64,000 nucleotides of DNA from Patescibacteria group bacterium (lineage in GTDB: Bacteria > Patescibacteriota > Patescibacteriia > Patescibacteriales > WJLG01), in NCBI GenBank assembly GCA_041652555.1, contig JBAZHE010000002.1, forward strand, positions 13,409-77,408, given 5' to 3'. The position numbers were made by a program, and so were the translations under genes. How positions within the stretch are numbered: the stretch's first letter is position 1; each line of letters begins with the position of its first letter. A model generated the notes under the pieces. It was not told the DNA's origin. It was given only the letters and a program-made list of their open reading frames with translations, and did no database searches. Positions 49,535 through 58,093 of this stretch are shown here, one piece after another.

Positions 49535-51130
49535 TTATTTATTAAGTTCTTTCTCGAATTTTTCTTCTAAGTTATTTTTCATATCTTCATGAAATTGTTC
49601 GTCGTAATTTTTTACTGCTTTTTTAATTATCCAACAGGAATTTTTTTCTGGGCAGAAACCGGTATTGAAACATTTTGGTTCAATATGCCAATTAAGCCAA
49701 TCCAAATCCATTGTTTTTAGCTTGTGGTTTATTTTTACAGCTTCGTCGCGGGTGACGCGGCGCAATTGTTCATCGGCGGTAGTGCAGAGACGCAAAGGGA
49801 AATAGCCGGCGATTAAATTGTAAAAGTTAACATCTTGCAAAACATAAATTCTAACGGCACGAGGGATGACAAAGATAGCATCATGCTCGGGAACTCCTAG
49901 GGAGATTAATTTTTTATAAGCATCCAAGGATTTTAAAACTGTTTGGGTGTATTTTTTTAAATTTGTTTGGTCGTTGGCGATTTTAGTTGGAATATTTAAT
50001 GTAGTATCAAGATTTTTTATTTGTTCCTCGCTTAAAGTATTATTAGAAATATTTTTGGATAAATCTTGCCAAACCGAACAAGCTTGTTCGGTTGCGTAAT
50101 ACATAGAATCAACCGTCATTGGCATGGTGCGATGGCGTTTTCTTTCTCCCCAAACGCGCCAAGACAAACGAGAAATCATTTTTATATCAAGAGCGTTTTG
50201 GTAATCGCGGGCAATTTCGGCGCGCTTATCAATGGCTGTTGCCCAATTTTTTATCATTGTTTCTTTGTCGGCGTAAATTGCTTCTAAATCTTTTCGTAAA
50301 GAATCCATTTTTTCTTTTAAGGATTTTGTGGCTAGAGAATTGATTGAGACTATTTCACTTTCAGTACTGTTTAATTTTTCTTGAGCTATTTCTCGAGCTA
50401 GATTGACAGTCTTTGGGTTTTTAAAAATATTTGGGTAAGGATAGGTTGTTCGTGGAGCTAGGGAGCGAGATTTGAAAAGTGAGTCAACACCCATTTTTTT
50501 AAATTCCGTCTCTATGGCTTCAATAAAGAATCCTATTTCTTCAGGCATCCAAGCTTTTTCTCGGTCATATTCTCTTTTTAAGGTATTAAAAGACTCAATA
50601 CTATAAGAAATAATGCCGGTACCGTAAACGCCGTATTGTAGGATTTTTGAAGCTTGGTCTTTTTCTATTCCAACCTCTAAAAGTTCGTGAAAAGTGTCTA
50701 GTATTTTTTCAGAAGCTTCTTTATATATTTCTAGAGCTTCTTTGTTTTTGGCAATAGTGGTTGGGTAAACAATATCTTCATAAGTTGAATCAGTGCGACG
50801 TCCAGAGGCCATAAGGGAAGAGGAAAAAACCATACCAGTTAGGGCTGAGTCAATCATTTTTGAGGCTTCATAAGAAAATGAAAAAACTGGTGTTGTCGCC
50901 ATTGAAGCGTGGCCTTTTAAAGAAGAGTTTTTGAGAATGGTTTTAACTTTTTTGGTCATGTCTTGGCCTTTTTCTTCAGCTTCTTTCTTGAGATTTTCAG
51001 CTGATTTTCCTTTAAACGTCAAAAGGGCACCTAGAGCGCAAATGCTTTCTGGATCAAGTCCGCCGTTTTCATCTGTTAGCACCGGGTTGATGCCAAGGAA
51101 ATTTATTTTGAAATCTTTGGTAGATAACAT
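49535..51130 (-). CDS. thyX: flavin-dependent thymidylate synthase ThyX, long form (531 aa) with a roughly 230-aa insertion
   Basis: Exact ThyX motif RHR-X7-S (RHRTMPMTVDS). N-terminal GHASMATTPVFSF aligns with the ThyX HETPFEH region. C-terminal VPEHDAIFVIPRAVRIYV ... LR aligns with the ThyX helical core. Confidence 0.6.
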   Translation of the reverse strand: MLSTKDFKINFLGINPVLTDENGGLDPESICALGALLTFKGKSAENLKKEAEEKGQDMTKKVKTILKNSSLKGHASMATTPVFSFSYEASKMIDSALTGMVFSSSLMASGRRTDSTYEDIVYPTTIAKNKEALEIYKEASEKILDTFHELLEVGIEKDQASKILQYGVYGTGIISYSIESFNTLKREYDREKAWMPEEIGFFIEAIETEFKKMGVDSLFKSRSLAPRTTYPYPNIFKNPKTVNLAREIAQEKLNSTESEIVSINSLATKSLKEKMDSLRKDLEAIYADKETMIKNWATAIDKRAEIARDYQNALDIKMISRLSWRVWGERKRHRTMPMTVDSMYYATEQACSVWQDLSKNISNNTLSEEQIKNLDTTLNIPTKIANDQTNLKKYTQTVLKSLDAYKKLISLGVPEHDAIFVIPRAVRIYVLQDVNFYNLIAGYFPLRLCTTADEQLRRVTRDEAVKINHKLKTMDLDWLNWHIEPKCFNTGFCPEKNSCWIIKKAVKNYDEQFHEDMKNNLEEKFEKELNK

Positions 51131-51133
51131 AAT

Positions 51134-51194
51134 AATGCTAAATGCTAAATGATGAATGCTAAATAAAATAATTTAGCATTTAGCATTTAGCATT
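51134..51194. repeat. near-perfect 61-nt palindrome of heptad repeats, (AATGCTA)n ... (TAGCATT)n, filling the dcd-thyX spacer
   Basis: AATGCTAAATGCTAAATGATGAATGCTAAAT-AAAATA-ATTTAGCATTTAGCATTTAGCATT. Ends 3 nt before the thyX start codon. Confidence 0.55.
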
Positions 51195-51201
51195 GTTAAT
51201 T

Positions 51202-51810
51202 TTATATTTGTACCTCTTGTCCTTCGGTGCTTACTCTTCCGCCCATCCATTGGCCACGATATTGATTGCCTTCACCTAGAACTTCTTGAAAGGTGATATG
51301 GGCGATACGAGCACCGAAAGAAATTTTAACATTAGCTGGACCAAGATTGCAAACACCAAAAGTTAATTCTCCAGAATATCCCGGTTGAACAATCCCGTTA
51401 AACATTCCAAGGCCGGAACGAAACATTGTTGTGCGCGGGAAGACAACTCCGGAAAGAGTAGTCGGCAAATTAACTTTTTCCATTGTTTTAACAAGGTAAT
51501 ATTTTCCAGGTTCAAAAATAAAAATATCTTCGTTAACAGAAGTTGGCAAATCCCCTCTAAAAAGAGGGGTGGCGCGGTACTCCGCGACGGGGTGTGTTGT
51601 GTTGGAATTTTGAGCTTTGCCAACTAGTTTAGTGTTTGGTGTTTGTCTTTCTTCTACACCTAAAAATCCATCTCCTTCTAATTCATAAATTTCTCCCAAC
51701 CTCAAATCAAAACCCGCACCTTCGGGATTATTCATTTCCCGTTCGCACAAACCCCCAACCAGATTTATTTCCCTTACTAATTCGTGTAGTTTTTTAATAC
51801 CTAGAATCAT
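51202..51810 (-). CDS. dcd: dCTP deaminase
   Basis: GFDLRLG ... PRTTMFRSGLGMFNGIVQPGYSGELTFGVCN matches Dcd motifs. Contains an in-frame copy of the GC-rich element. Confidence 0.8.
   Translation of the reverse strand: MILGIKKLHELVREINLVGGLCEREMNNPEGAGFDLRLGEIYELEGDGFLGVEERQTPNTKLVGKAQNSNTTHPVAEYRATPLFRGDLPTSVNEDIFIFEPGKYYLVKTMEKVNLPTTLSGVVFPRTTMFRSGLGMFNGIVQPGYSGELTFGVCNLGPANVKISFGARIAHITFQEVLGEGNQYRGQWMGGRVSTEGQEVQI
51552..51603 (+). repeat. GC-rich palindromic element, copy C, lying in frame within dcd (encodes NSNTTHPVAEYRATPLFRGDLP on the opposite strand)
   Basis: CCCCTCTAAAAAGAGGGG-TGGCGCGGTACTCCGCGAC-GGGGTGTGTTGTGTT. The stem GCGCGG/CCGCGC replaces copy B's GTCTCG/CGAGAC (compensatory change). 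Confidence 0.45.
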
Positions 51811-52355
51811 ATTTTTTGGTTGATTTCTTTTCTTTCAAAATCACAATAAATTTTGCCTTCGTATTTGCTTATTTTTATTCCTTTAGCACGGGCCAGCTCT
51901 GTAGCTTCGTCTTCTTCTTCCATCTTTTCGCCGCCGGTTTGAGTTCTTAGATATACATCTTTGTAGATAATTTCTTTTATGCCAGCATTATTCAAGGCCT
52001 TCATGCAGTCATAGCAGGGGAATAAGACAGTATATAGAGTGCTCCCTCTTAGAGACTTTGGGTTAAGACAATTGATAATGCCATTGATTTCGGCATGAGC
52101 GCCACGACAACGTTTCAATTTTTTTGTTACTGGATCGCCCTCAATTTTAGCACAGCCAACTTCGTTGCAATGCAAGTCTCCCTCTGTTGGGCCATTGTAT
52201 CCCATGGAAAGAATTCTTTTGTCTTTATCAACAAAAACACAACCAGTCACTACTACTACGCAAGAAGTTCTCTTAGAGGCTATTACTGCTAGGTTCATAA
52301 ACATTTCATCCCAATTTAATCTTTGTACGCGTGGAGTCTTTTTAGAGTCTGTCAT
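51807..52355 (-). CDS. dCMP deaminase (ComEB-like)
   Basis: Zinc motifs CRGAHAEINGI and PCYDCMKAL. Overlaps the dcd start by 4 nt. Confidence 0.8.
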   Translation of the reverse strand: MTDSKKTPRVQRLNWDEMFMNLAVIASKRTSCVVVVTGCVFVDKDKRILSMGYNGPTEGDLHCNEVGCAKIEGDPVTKKLKRCRGAHAEINGIINCLNPKSLRGSTLYTVLFPCYDCMKALNNAGIKEIIYKDVYLRTQTGGEKMEEEDEATELARAKGIKISKYEGKIYCDFERKEINQKI

Positions 52356-52490
52356 ATTGTTAAATAAAATAATAAGAGAGGGTTAATCGTCCCCCTGAAA
52401 TATAATTTTAGCAAAATAAATTTTAATAGGCAATGGTTTTATTTTGAGTAAAGAAGTGATAAAAAATAGCTGTCTAAAAAATTTGTACAG

Positions 52491-52530
52491 CAAAAACAAA
52501 AAAACGCCTTTTAAGGCGTTGTTTTGTTGT
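52491..52530. terminator. bidirectional terminator downstream of rplA (-)
   Basis: AACGCC-TTTTAA-GGCGTT hairpin flanked by an A-run and T-run. Confidence 0.65.
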
Positions 52531-52545
52531 ATGTAATTTTTTAGT

Positions 52546-53346
52546 TTAAGAGATTTCTACTTTTACACCTTGTCCCATAGAAGATGCGACGGAGATGTTT
52601 TTTATGTAAAGTCCTCTGGCTGAGGATGGTTTTGATTTTTTTATAACTTCTAAAAAGGCGTTAAAATTATCAACCAACTTAGCATCATCAAAAGATTTTT
52701 TACCTATTAAGGCGTGTAGGTTGCCTGTGTCATCATTTTTGAAGCTTAATTTACCTTTTTTAAATTCGGTAATAGCTTTGATCGGGTCAACGGCGACAGT
52801 ATCGTTTTTTGGTGAAGGCATTAAACCGCGAGTACCGAGAATTTTAGCAATCATACCCATCTTTTTCATCATAGAAGGCTCGGCAATAGCCAAATCAAAT
52901 TCGGTTTTTTCGGTCTTCTTTATTTTTTCTATCATTTCTTCGTTACCAATCAAATCGGCACCGGCTTTTTTAGCCGCTTCTTCGTTGATAGGTTCAACAA
53001 AAGCAATTACGCGGACGGTTTTGCCTACGCCATGTGGCAAGACAACAGTTCCGCGAACTTGCTGTTCACCTTTAGCTGGGTCAATTCCTAGACGGAAGTG
53101 AACCTCTACGGATGCATCAAATTTTTCTTTTCCAGCTTCCTTAACGATTTTAATCGCTTCGGCAATTGGATAAGTTTTAGTTTTATCAAAATTATAAACA
53201 ATTTTTTTAGTTTTTGGCTTAGCAGGTTTTTTATCACTTTTTTTTGAAGATTTTTTTTCAGCTGAATCTTCTTTGGTTTCAGCCGTTTCTTCAAAGGCTT
53301 CGACCTCTTTTTTTTCAACGGCCTCAATCTTTTTTTCTTTAGTCAT
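52546..53346 (-). CDS. rplA: 50S ribosomal protein L1 with a roughly 45-aa Lys/Glu-rich N-terminal extension
   Basis: Core YPIAEAIKIVKEAGKEKFDASVEVHFRLGIDPAKGEQQVRGTVVLPHGVGK. The extension has no internal Met. Confidence 0.9.
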   Translation of the reverse strand: MTKEKKIEAVEKKEVEAFEETAETKEDSAEKKSSKKSDKKPAKPKTKKIVYNFDKTKTYPIAEAIKIVKEAGKEKFDASVEVHFRLGIDPAKGEQQVRGTVVLPHGVGKTVRVIAFVEPINEEAAKKAGADLIGNEEMIEKIKKTEKTEFDLAIAEPSMMKKMGMIAKILGTRGLMPSPKNDTVAVDPIKAITEFKKGKLSFKNDDTGNLHALIGKKSFDDAKLVDNFNAFLEVIKKSKPSSARGLYIKNISVASSMGQGVKVEIS

Positions 53347-53399
53347 AAATTTGTTTCGTGGTTAACGTCCCAAGTCCTCGGAACTCCCACAAGTAATTA

Positions 53400-53831
53400 T
53401 TATTTAATTTCAACTCCCATTTGACGGGCGGTGCCAGCGATAATTCTTTTAGCGGCTTCTAAGTCAGTAGTATTTAAGTCCGGCATTTTTATTTTGGCGA
53501 TTTCTCCTAATTGTTCCTGAGTAAGGACGCCGACTTTTTCCAATAAAGCGTTATGTGCGCCAGATTGCAACTTTAAAACTTTTTTAATTAAAGATGAAGC
53601 TGGCGGTTTTTTCATTATGAAGTCATAAGAACGATCCTCATAAACAGTAATAATAACCGGCAAAGTATCGCCGCGCATTTCTTGGGAAGCGGCGTTGAAT
53701 TTAGTAACGAATTCCTGAATATTTAAACCATGTTGTCCCAGGGCCGGACCAACTGGTGGGGCTGGGGTTGCCATAGCAGCTGGAATCTGCAGTTTGATTA
53801 GCGCTTTTATTTTTTTCTTAGGTTTGGCCAT
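53400..53831 (-). CDS. rplK: 50S ribosomal protein L11
   Basis: [35 protein letters not shown]. Confidence 0.95.
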   Translation of the reverse strand: MAKPKKKIKALIKLQIPAAMATPAPPVGPALGQHGLNIQEFVTKFNAASQEMRGDTLPVIITVYEDRSYDFIMKKPPASSLIKKVLKLQSGAHNALLEKVGVLTQEQLGEIAKIKMPDLNTTDLEAAKRIIAGTARQMGVEIK

Positions 53832-53879
53832 ATAAATAATTTTTTAGAGTAAGAAGCGTACTCTTTTAGTATAATACTT

Positions 53880-54425
53880 TTATATTTTTTTAATTTGTAA
53901 AAAATCTAATTCAATCGGGGTTTCGCGTCCGAACATATTAACCAGGACTTTAACACGACCTTTTTCTTCGTCAATGTTGGTGATTTTTCCCTCTAGACTT
54001 TTAAATGGTCCATCCACAATTTTAACGGGGGAGTCGACCGAGAAATCAATTTTGAATTTTGGTTCGTCAATACCCATTCTTTTCTGCAAGCCTTTAATTT
54101 CTTCTTCGGAAACCGGAGTTGGAGTTGTGCCGGTACCAATAAAGCCGGTGACATTCGGGGTATTGCGAACAACATACCAAGACTTGTCAGTAACAACCAT
54201 TTCTACTAAGACATAACCGGGATAAATTTTTTCTTCCACCACCTTGCGCTTGCCGTTCTTGATTTTAATCTTTTTTTCGGTTGGCACCATAACGTTGAAG
54301 ATTTGATCTTCCACGTCCATAGTATCAATTCTTTGTAAAAGATTCTGCGAAACATTTTCTTCATAGCCGGAAGAAGTGTGCAAAACATACCAGCGGCGGC
54401 CTTGATTTAAAGTTTGTTTGGCCAT
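53880..54425 (-). CDS. nusG: transcription termination/antitermination factor NusG
   Basis: NGN domain RRWYVLHTSSGYEENV and KOW domain VKIVDGPFKSLEGKITNID. Confidence 0.9.
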   Translation of the reverse strand: MAKQTLNQGRRWYVLHTSSGYEENVSQNLLQRIDTMDVEDQIFNVMVPTEKKIKIKNGKRKVVEEKIYPGYVLVEMVVTDKSWYVVRNTPNVTGFIGTGTTPTPVSEEEIKGLQKRMGIDEPKFKIDFSVDSPVKIVDGPFKSLEGKITNIDEEKGRVKVLVNMFGRETPIELDFLQIKKI

Positions 54426-54448
54426 ATTTTTTGTTTTTTATAAGGAGA

Positions 54449-54637
54449 TTATCTTTGGATTATTTTTTCCAAAGGAATGTTAAAAATAAAATCCAGGGCG
54501 CCTAAAAAAGTGGCGACGCCGAGAGAAATCGCGATAACCAACACGATATATTCTCGAGTTTGTTTCTTGGTTGGCCAAGTAACTTTTTTCATTTCCTCTA
54601 AAGAGGACTTAATATAGGCGGTTATTTTATTGATCAT
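54449..54637 (-). CDS. secE: preprotein translocase subunit SecE
   Basis: 62 aa with a single TM helix. Located immediately upstream of nusG. Confidence 0.8.
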   Translation of the reverse strand: MINKITAYIKSSLEEMKKVTWPTKKQTREYIVLVIAISLGVATFLGALDFIFNIPLEKIIQR

Positions 54638-54831
54638 ATGTTTTCCAATAACAAAAACAGCCCTGTTGGGCGGTCTATTAAATTACACTATTATATTACA
54701 GGAAAAATCTAATTGTGTCAATAAAATTAGTAATAGGAAAAAGTAGCTAATATTAAATAATAAAATAATATTTTTAAATAATAACAAAAACATGCTATAA
54801 TTTTTTATATAAATAATAAAATAATAATTTT

Positions 54832-55059
54832 ATGGAAAAAATCTTTAGTGTTTTGGATAAAAAAATTAATCACTTCATCTGGGTTTTGGTCGGCAACGGA
54901 ATAGTGATATTAATGTTAGGCATTTTAATAGTCTGGACAGATTTTATGTTAAGGCTTATAATTGGTCTCGTCGCTATAATGGTTGCCTATATGTTTTTCT
55001 ATGGAGCCTATAAAGTGCGCCAATTTCGTAAACTTTTGGATAAATTTATAAAATTTTAG
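54832..55059 (+). CDS. hypothetical small membrane protein
   Basis: Two predicted TM helices. Confidence 0.35.
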   Translation: MEKIFSVLDKKINHFIWVLVGNGIVILMLGILIVWTDFMLRLIIGLVAIMVAYMFFYGAYKVRQFRKLLDKFIKF

Positions 55060-55063
55060 AATT

Positions 55064-55540
55064 ATGACTTACAAAAAAATCACTTTTTTCTTATTTGCCA
55101 CTGTCTTGTTGATTTCTTTAACAGGTTGTCGAGGAACAAAAATTGAATCGATGGATGAATTAAACGCGGAAAATCTTTATCCTTATAGCAATGATGATTT
55201 AGGTTTTAGCCTCTATTTGCCATCTGATTTTATTTATTTCCAAACACAAAGAAAAAATAATCAAGACTTTTCTGATTTAGAAATTTATATTCCGACCGCG
55301 GATATGAGCCAGCAAAAAGAAGTTTCCGGTTATGCCAAGCCGATTATTGTTCGCGTGTTTGACAAAAAATATTGGAATGATAATATGAACGACGAAGAAA
55401 GAGCCGAATATATAAAAGCCGGCGAAAAAGGCAATCGCGTTTATGGATTAATGTTTTGGAACAATATCCCAAGCGATTGGTCTGTTAAGTGGACAGAGGA
55501 TATGAAAAATCAGATAATCAAAGATTTTCAAATAAAATAA
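55064..55540 (+). CDS. hypothetical lipoprotein
   Basis: Signal peptide with lipobox LLISLTGC. Confidence 0.45.
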   Translation: MTYKKITFFLFATVLLISLTGCRGTKIESMDELNAENLYPYSNDDLGFSLYLPSDFIYFQTQRKNNQDFSDLEIYIPTADMSQQKEVSGYAKPIIVRVFDKKYWNDNMNDEERAEYIKAGEKGNRVYGLMFWNNIPSDWSVKWTEDMKNQIIKDFQIK

Positions 55541-55549
55541 AATATTTTG

Positions 55550-55590
55550 AGCCCGCCATAGAAAATTTATTTAAGGCGGGTTTTTTTATT
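55550..55590 (+). terminator. rho-independent terminator
   Basis: GCCCGCC ... GGCGGGT stem followed by TTTTTTTATTT. Confidence 0.5.
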
Positions 55591-55618
55591 TGATTTTTCT
55601 GTTGAAATAGGGTAAAAT
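55590..55618 (+). promoter_or_regulatory. candidate promoter (TTGATT-17-TAAAAT)
   Basis: TTGATT at 55590-55595 and TAAAAT at 55613-55618. Confidence 0.35.
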
Positions 55619-55655
55619 TAAAGCATGAATTTGATAAATATTTATAATTTTTCTT

Positions 55656-57335
55656 ATGGTTAGCCCGTATTTAAGCAAAAAAAAGAATGAATCATTAACA
55701 GTTTCTTTGCCGATAAAGAAGATTTTTCAGGCTGTTTATAGACAAAAAGAAAAAGGTGGTGATACTTCTGGAGAGGATGAGACTAAAATTGTTGTCTCTG
55801 AGCTTATTTCTAAGCTTACTTTTTTTTATGAAAAAATTCGCAATTACGTTGATTATAACGAAGAGCATCTGCATCGCAAGAACGCCATTAAAAGAATTTT
55901 AAAACGCCATCTGGTTATTGAAAGCGCGGTTGTTCGGGAATCAGCCGAAGATTTATCTAGAAATCTTTTGTGTGAACTGATTCGTGCCGGTTATCTGCCC
56001 AATAATAAAATTCCGGAAAAGAAAATAGATGATGTAAAATTGGTTTTAGAAAAGTATATAAAGCTTCGCCAATTAGCAATGCCACACGGTCTAGCCGAGC
56101 AGATGGAAAAAATAATCGATAAAGAGAAGCGTGAGTTTTCCGATTGGCTCCTGGGAATTGCCGCCAGCGAAATAGAAAGCACTTTGGAAATAAATAAGAT
56201 TGGTGAATTGGTTGTTGGCAATATCTATGAATATCTTTCCGGCAATGTTCGTTTGCCAATCAATTTTGCCGGTTATGAAAAAGATTTGCCGATTCAGATT
56301 TTTCTTTCCGTCCACCGTACGCATTTGAAATATGACGAAAGCATGTTGTCTTATTTGTTATTTAAATATTACAATGCTCAATGGTGGCTACCGCAAAACG
56401 AAGACATTGAAAAAATTGCTAAGAATATTTCTCTTTTACGCGCGGCTATCAGCCAGCAGCTTAATCATCCTCTGGTTAGACAACTGGATAAAATAACCAA
56501 CCGTTATTCGGTTTTTTATTCTATTTTAACTGATATGATCTCTGAAGATCCGGTGGCGCTTTATGAGAATATTAAAAATAAGCCGGAAGTTTTTTCTTCT
56601 CTAGCCAAAGAGCAATTTACGCAACGTTTTGAAAAAGCTAAGTCTCGCTTGTGGCGCGCCGGTATCAATAGTATCATTTATATTTTTATCACTAAGTCTA
56701 TCTTTGTTTTAGCCCTTGAAGTTCCGGCAACCAGATATTTCGGTCAGCCCTTGGATTATTTGGCCTTAACCGCGAATATGTTGTTTCCGCCTTTTTTACT
56801 TTTTTTAGTGATTATGTTCACGAAAGTGTCTAGTGAAGAGAATAATAAAAAAGTCGTGGCCGGCGTGGAAGAAATAACTTTTGAAGAAAAACATCGCCAC
56901 GATCCGATTGTCCTGCGCAAGCCGACTCGTCGCAACCCGATTGTGAGCTTTATTTTTAACATTTTATATTCTTTAACTTTTTTGATTTCTTTTGGCGCCG
57001 TGGTTTGGGTTTTGAATAAATTTAATTTTACCTGGGTGAGTACTGTAATTTTTTTATTTTTTTTAGTGTTTGTTTCTTTCTTTTCAATCCTTATTCGTCG
57101 CAACGTTCGTCGGTTGGTGGTTGTGGAAGAGCGGGAAAATCTTTTGAATTTTATATTGGATTTTTTCTTTATTCCTATTACCGTAGTTGGTAAATGGATT
57201 TCGCATAAATTTTCCAAGATAAATGTCTTTATGTTTGTAATGGACTTTATTATTGAAGCCCCATTTAAAGTATTAGTTAGCATTGCCGAACAATGGACAA
57301 GATATGTACGCGAACGTAAAGAAGACATTGAGTAG
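55656..57335 (+). CDS. hypothetical membrane protein (soluble N-terminal approx 330 aa, C-terminal polytopic region)
   Basis: No recognised motif. Several C-terminal TM helices. Confidence 0.45.
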   Translation: MVSPYLSKKKNESLTVSLPIKKIFQAVYRQKEKGGDTSGEDETKIVVSELISKLTFFYEKIRNYVDYNEEHLHRKNAIKRILKRHLVIESAVVRESAEDLSRNLLCELIRAGYLPNNKIPEKKIDDVKLVLEKYIKLRQLAMPHGLAEQMEKIIDKEKREFSDWLLGIAASEIESTLEINKIGELVVGNIYEYLSGNVRLPINFAGYEKDLPIQIFLSVHRTHLKYDESMLSYLLFKYYNAQWWLPQNEDIEKIAKNISLLRAAISQQLNHPLVRQLDKITNRYSVFYSILTDMISEDPVALYENIKNKPEVFSSLAKEQFTQRFEKAKSRLWRAGINSIIYIFITKSIFVLALEVPATRYFGQPLDYLALTANMLFPPFLLFLVIMFTKVSSEENNKKVVAGVEEITFEEKHRHDPIVLRKPTRRNPIVSFIFNILYSLTFLISFGAVVWVLNKFNFTWVSTVIFLFFLVFVSFFSILIRRNVRRLVVVEERENLLNFILDFFFIPITVVGKWISHKFSKINVFMFVMDFIIEAPFKVLVSIAEQWTRYVRERKEDIE

Positions 57336-57354
57336 GATTTTAATTTTGAATTTT

Positions 57355-58071
57355 ATGTTATATATAGTAGGAACGCCAATTGGAAATTTAGAGGATATTA
57401 GTTTTCGGGCTATTAGGATTTTAACCGAGGCTGATTTTGTGTTGTGTGAAGATACGCGCAACACCGGAGTTTTATTGAAGCATTACAATATTACCACTAA
57501 GAAAATTTCTTATCATCAGCATTCAGATAATGTTAAGGTGGACCAGATTATAAAATTATTAGAAGAAGGAAAAACATTAGCTCTAGTAACTGATGCCGGC
57601 ACGCCGGGTATTTCTGACCCAGGAGGAGTTTTAGTGGCGAAAGTTTTAGAACATTTTGGCGAGGATATGAAAATTGAATCCGTGCCTGGTCCATCAGCGG
57701 TAACGGCGGCATTATCTATTTCCGGTGTGCCGACGGATAAATTTATTTTTATGGGTTTTCCGCCCCACAAAAAAGGCCGTCAGACTTTTATTAAAAGAAT
57801 TTTGGAAAGCGAATATCCGGTTGTGGTTTATGAATCCAAACATCGGATAACAAAATTTTTAGAAGAATTAAAAGCCTTAAAAGAAAATACTGATTTTGAA
57901 GACGATGAAAAAACCGTTAAAAAGAAAAAGAGTTTAGAAAGCGTAGTTGTAGCGCGCGAATTATCCAAGATGCACGAAACTGTTTATCGCGGTGATATTA
58001 ACGATATTATAAATAAAATCTCCGCCACCACCGACGATCAAAGAGGGGAGTTTGTGGTTATTATTGGGTAA
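57355..58071 (+). CDS. rsmI: 16S rRNA (cytidine1402-2'-O)-methyltransferase RsmI (first ATG; the track starts at TTG 57283)
   Basis: MLYIVGTPIGNLEDISFRAIRILTEADFVLCEDTRNTGVLLKHY tetrapyrrole-methylase-fold signature. Confidence 0.85.
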   Translation: MLYIVGTPIGNLEDISFRAIRILTEADFVLCEDTRNTGVLLKHYNITTKKISYHQHSDNVKVDQIIKLLEEGKTLALVTDAGTPGISDPGGVLVAKVLEHFGEDMKIESVPGPSAVTAALSISGVPTDKFIFMGFPPHKKGRQTFIKRILESEYPVVVYESKHRITKFLEELKALKENTDFEDDEKTVKKKKSLESVVVARELSKMHETVYRGDINDIINKISATTDDQRGEFVVIIG

Positions 58072-58093
58072 TAAAATAAAAAACATAAAAATT

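Noticed and set aside
51134-51194. Heptad repeats considered as a CRISPR array
   Set aside because: Units are 7 nt with no spacers and are arranged as an inverted palindrome. Not CRISPR-like, and no cas genes are present.
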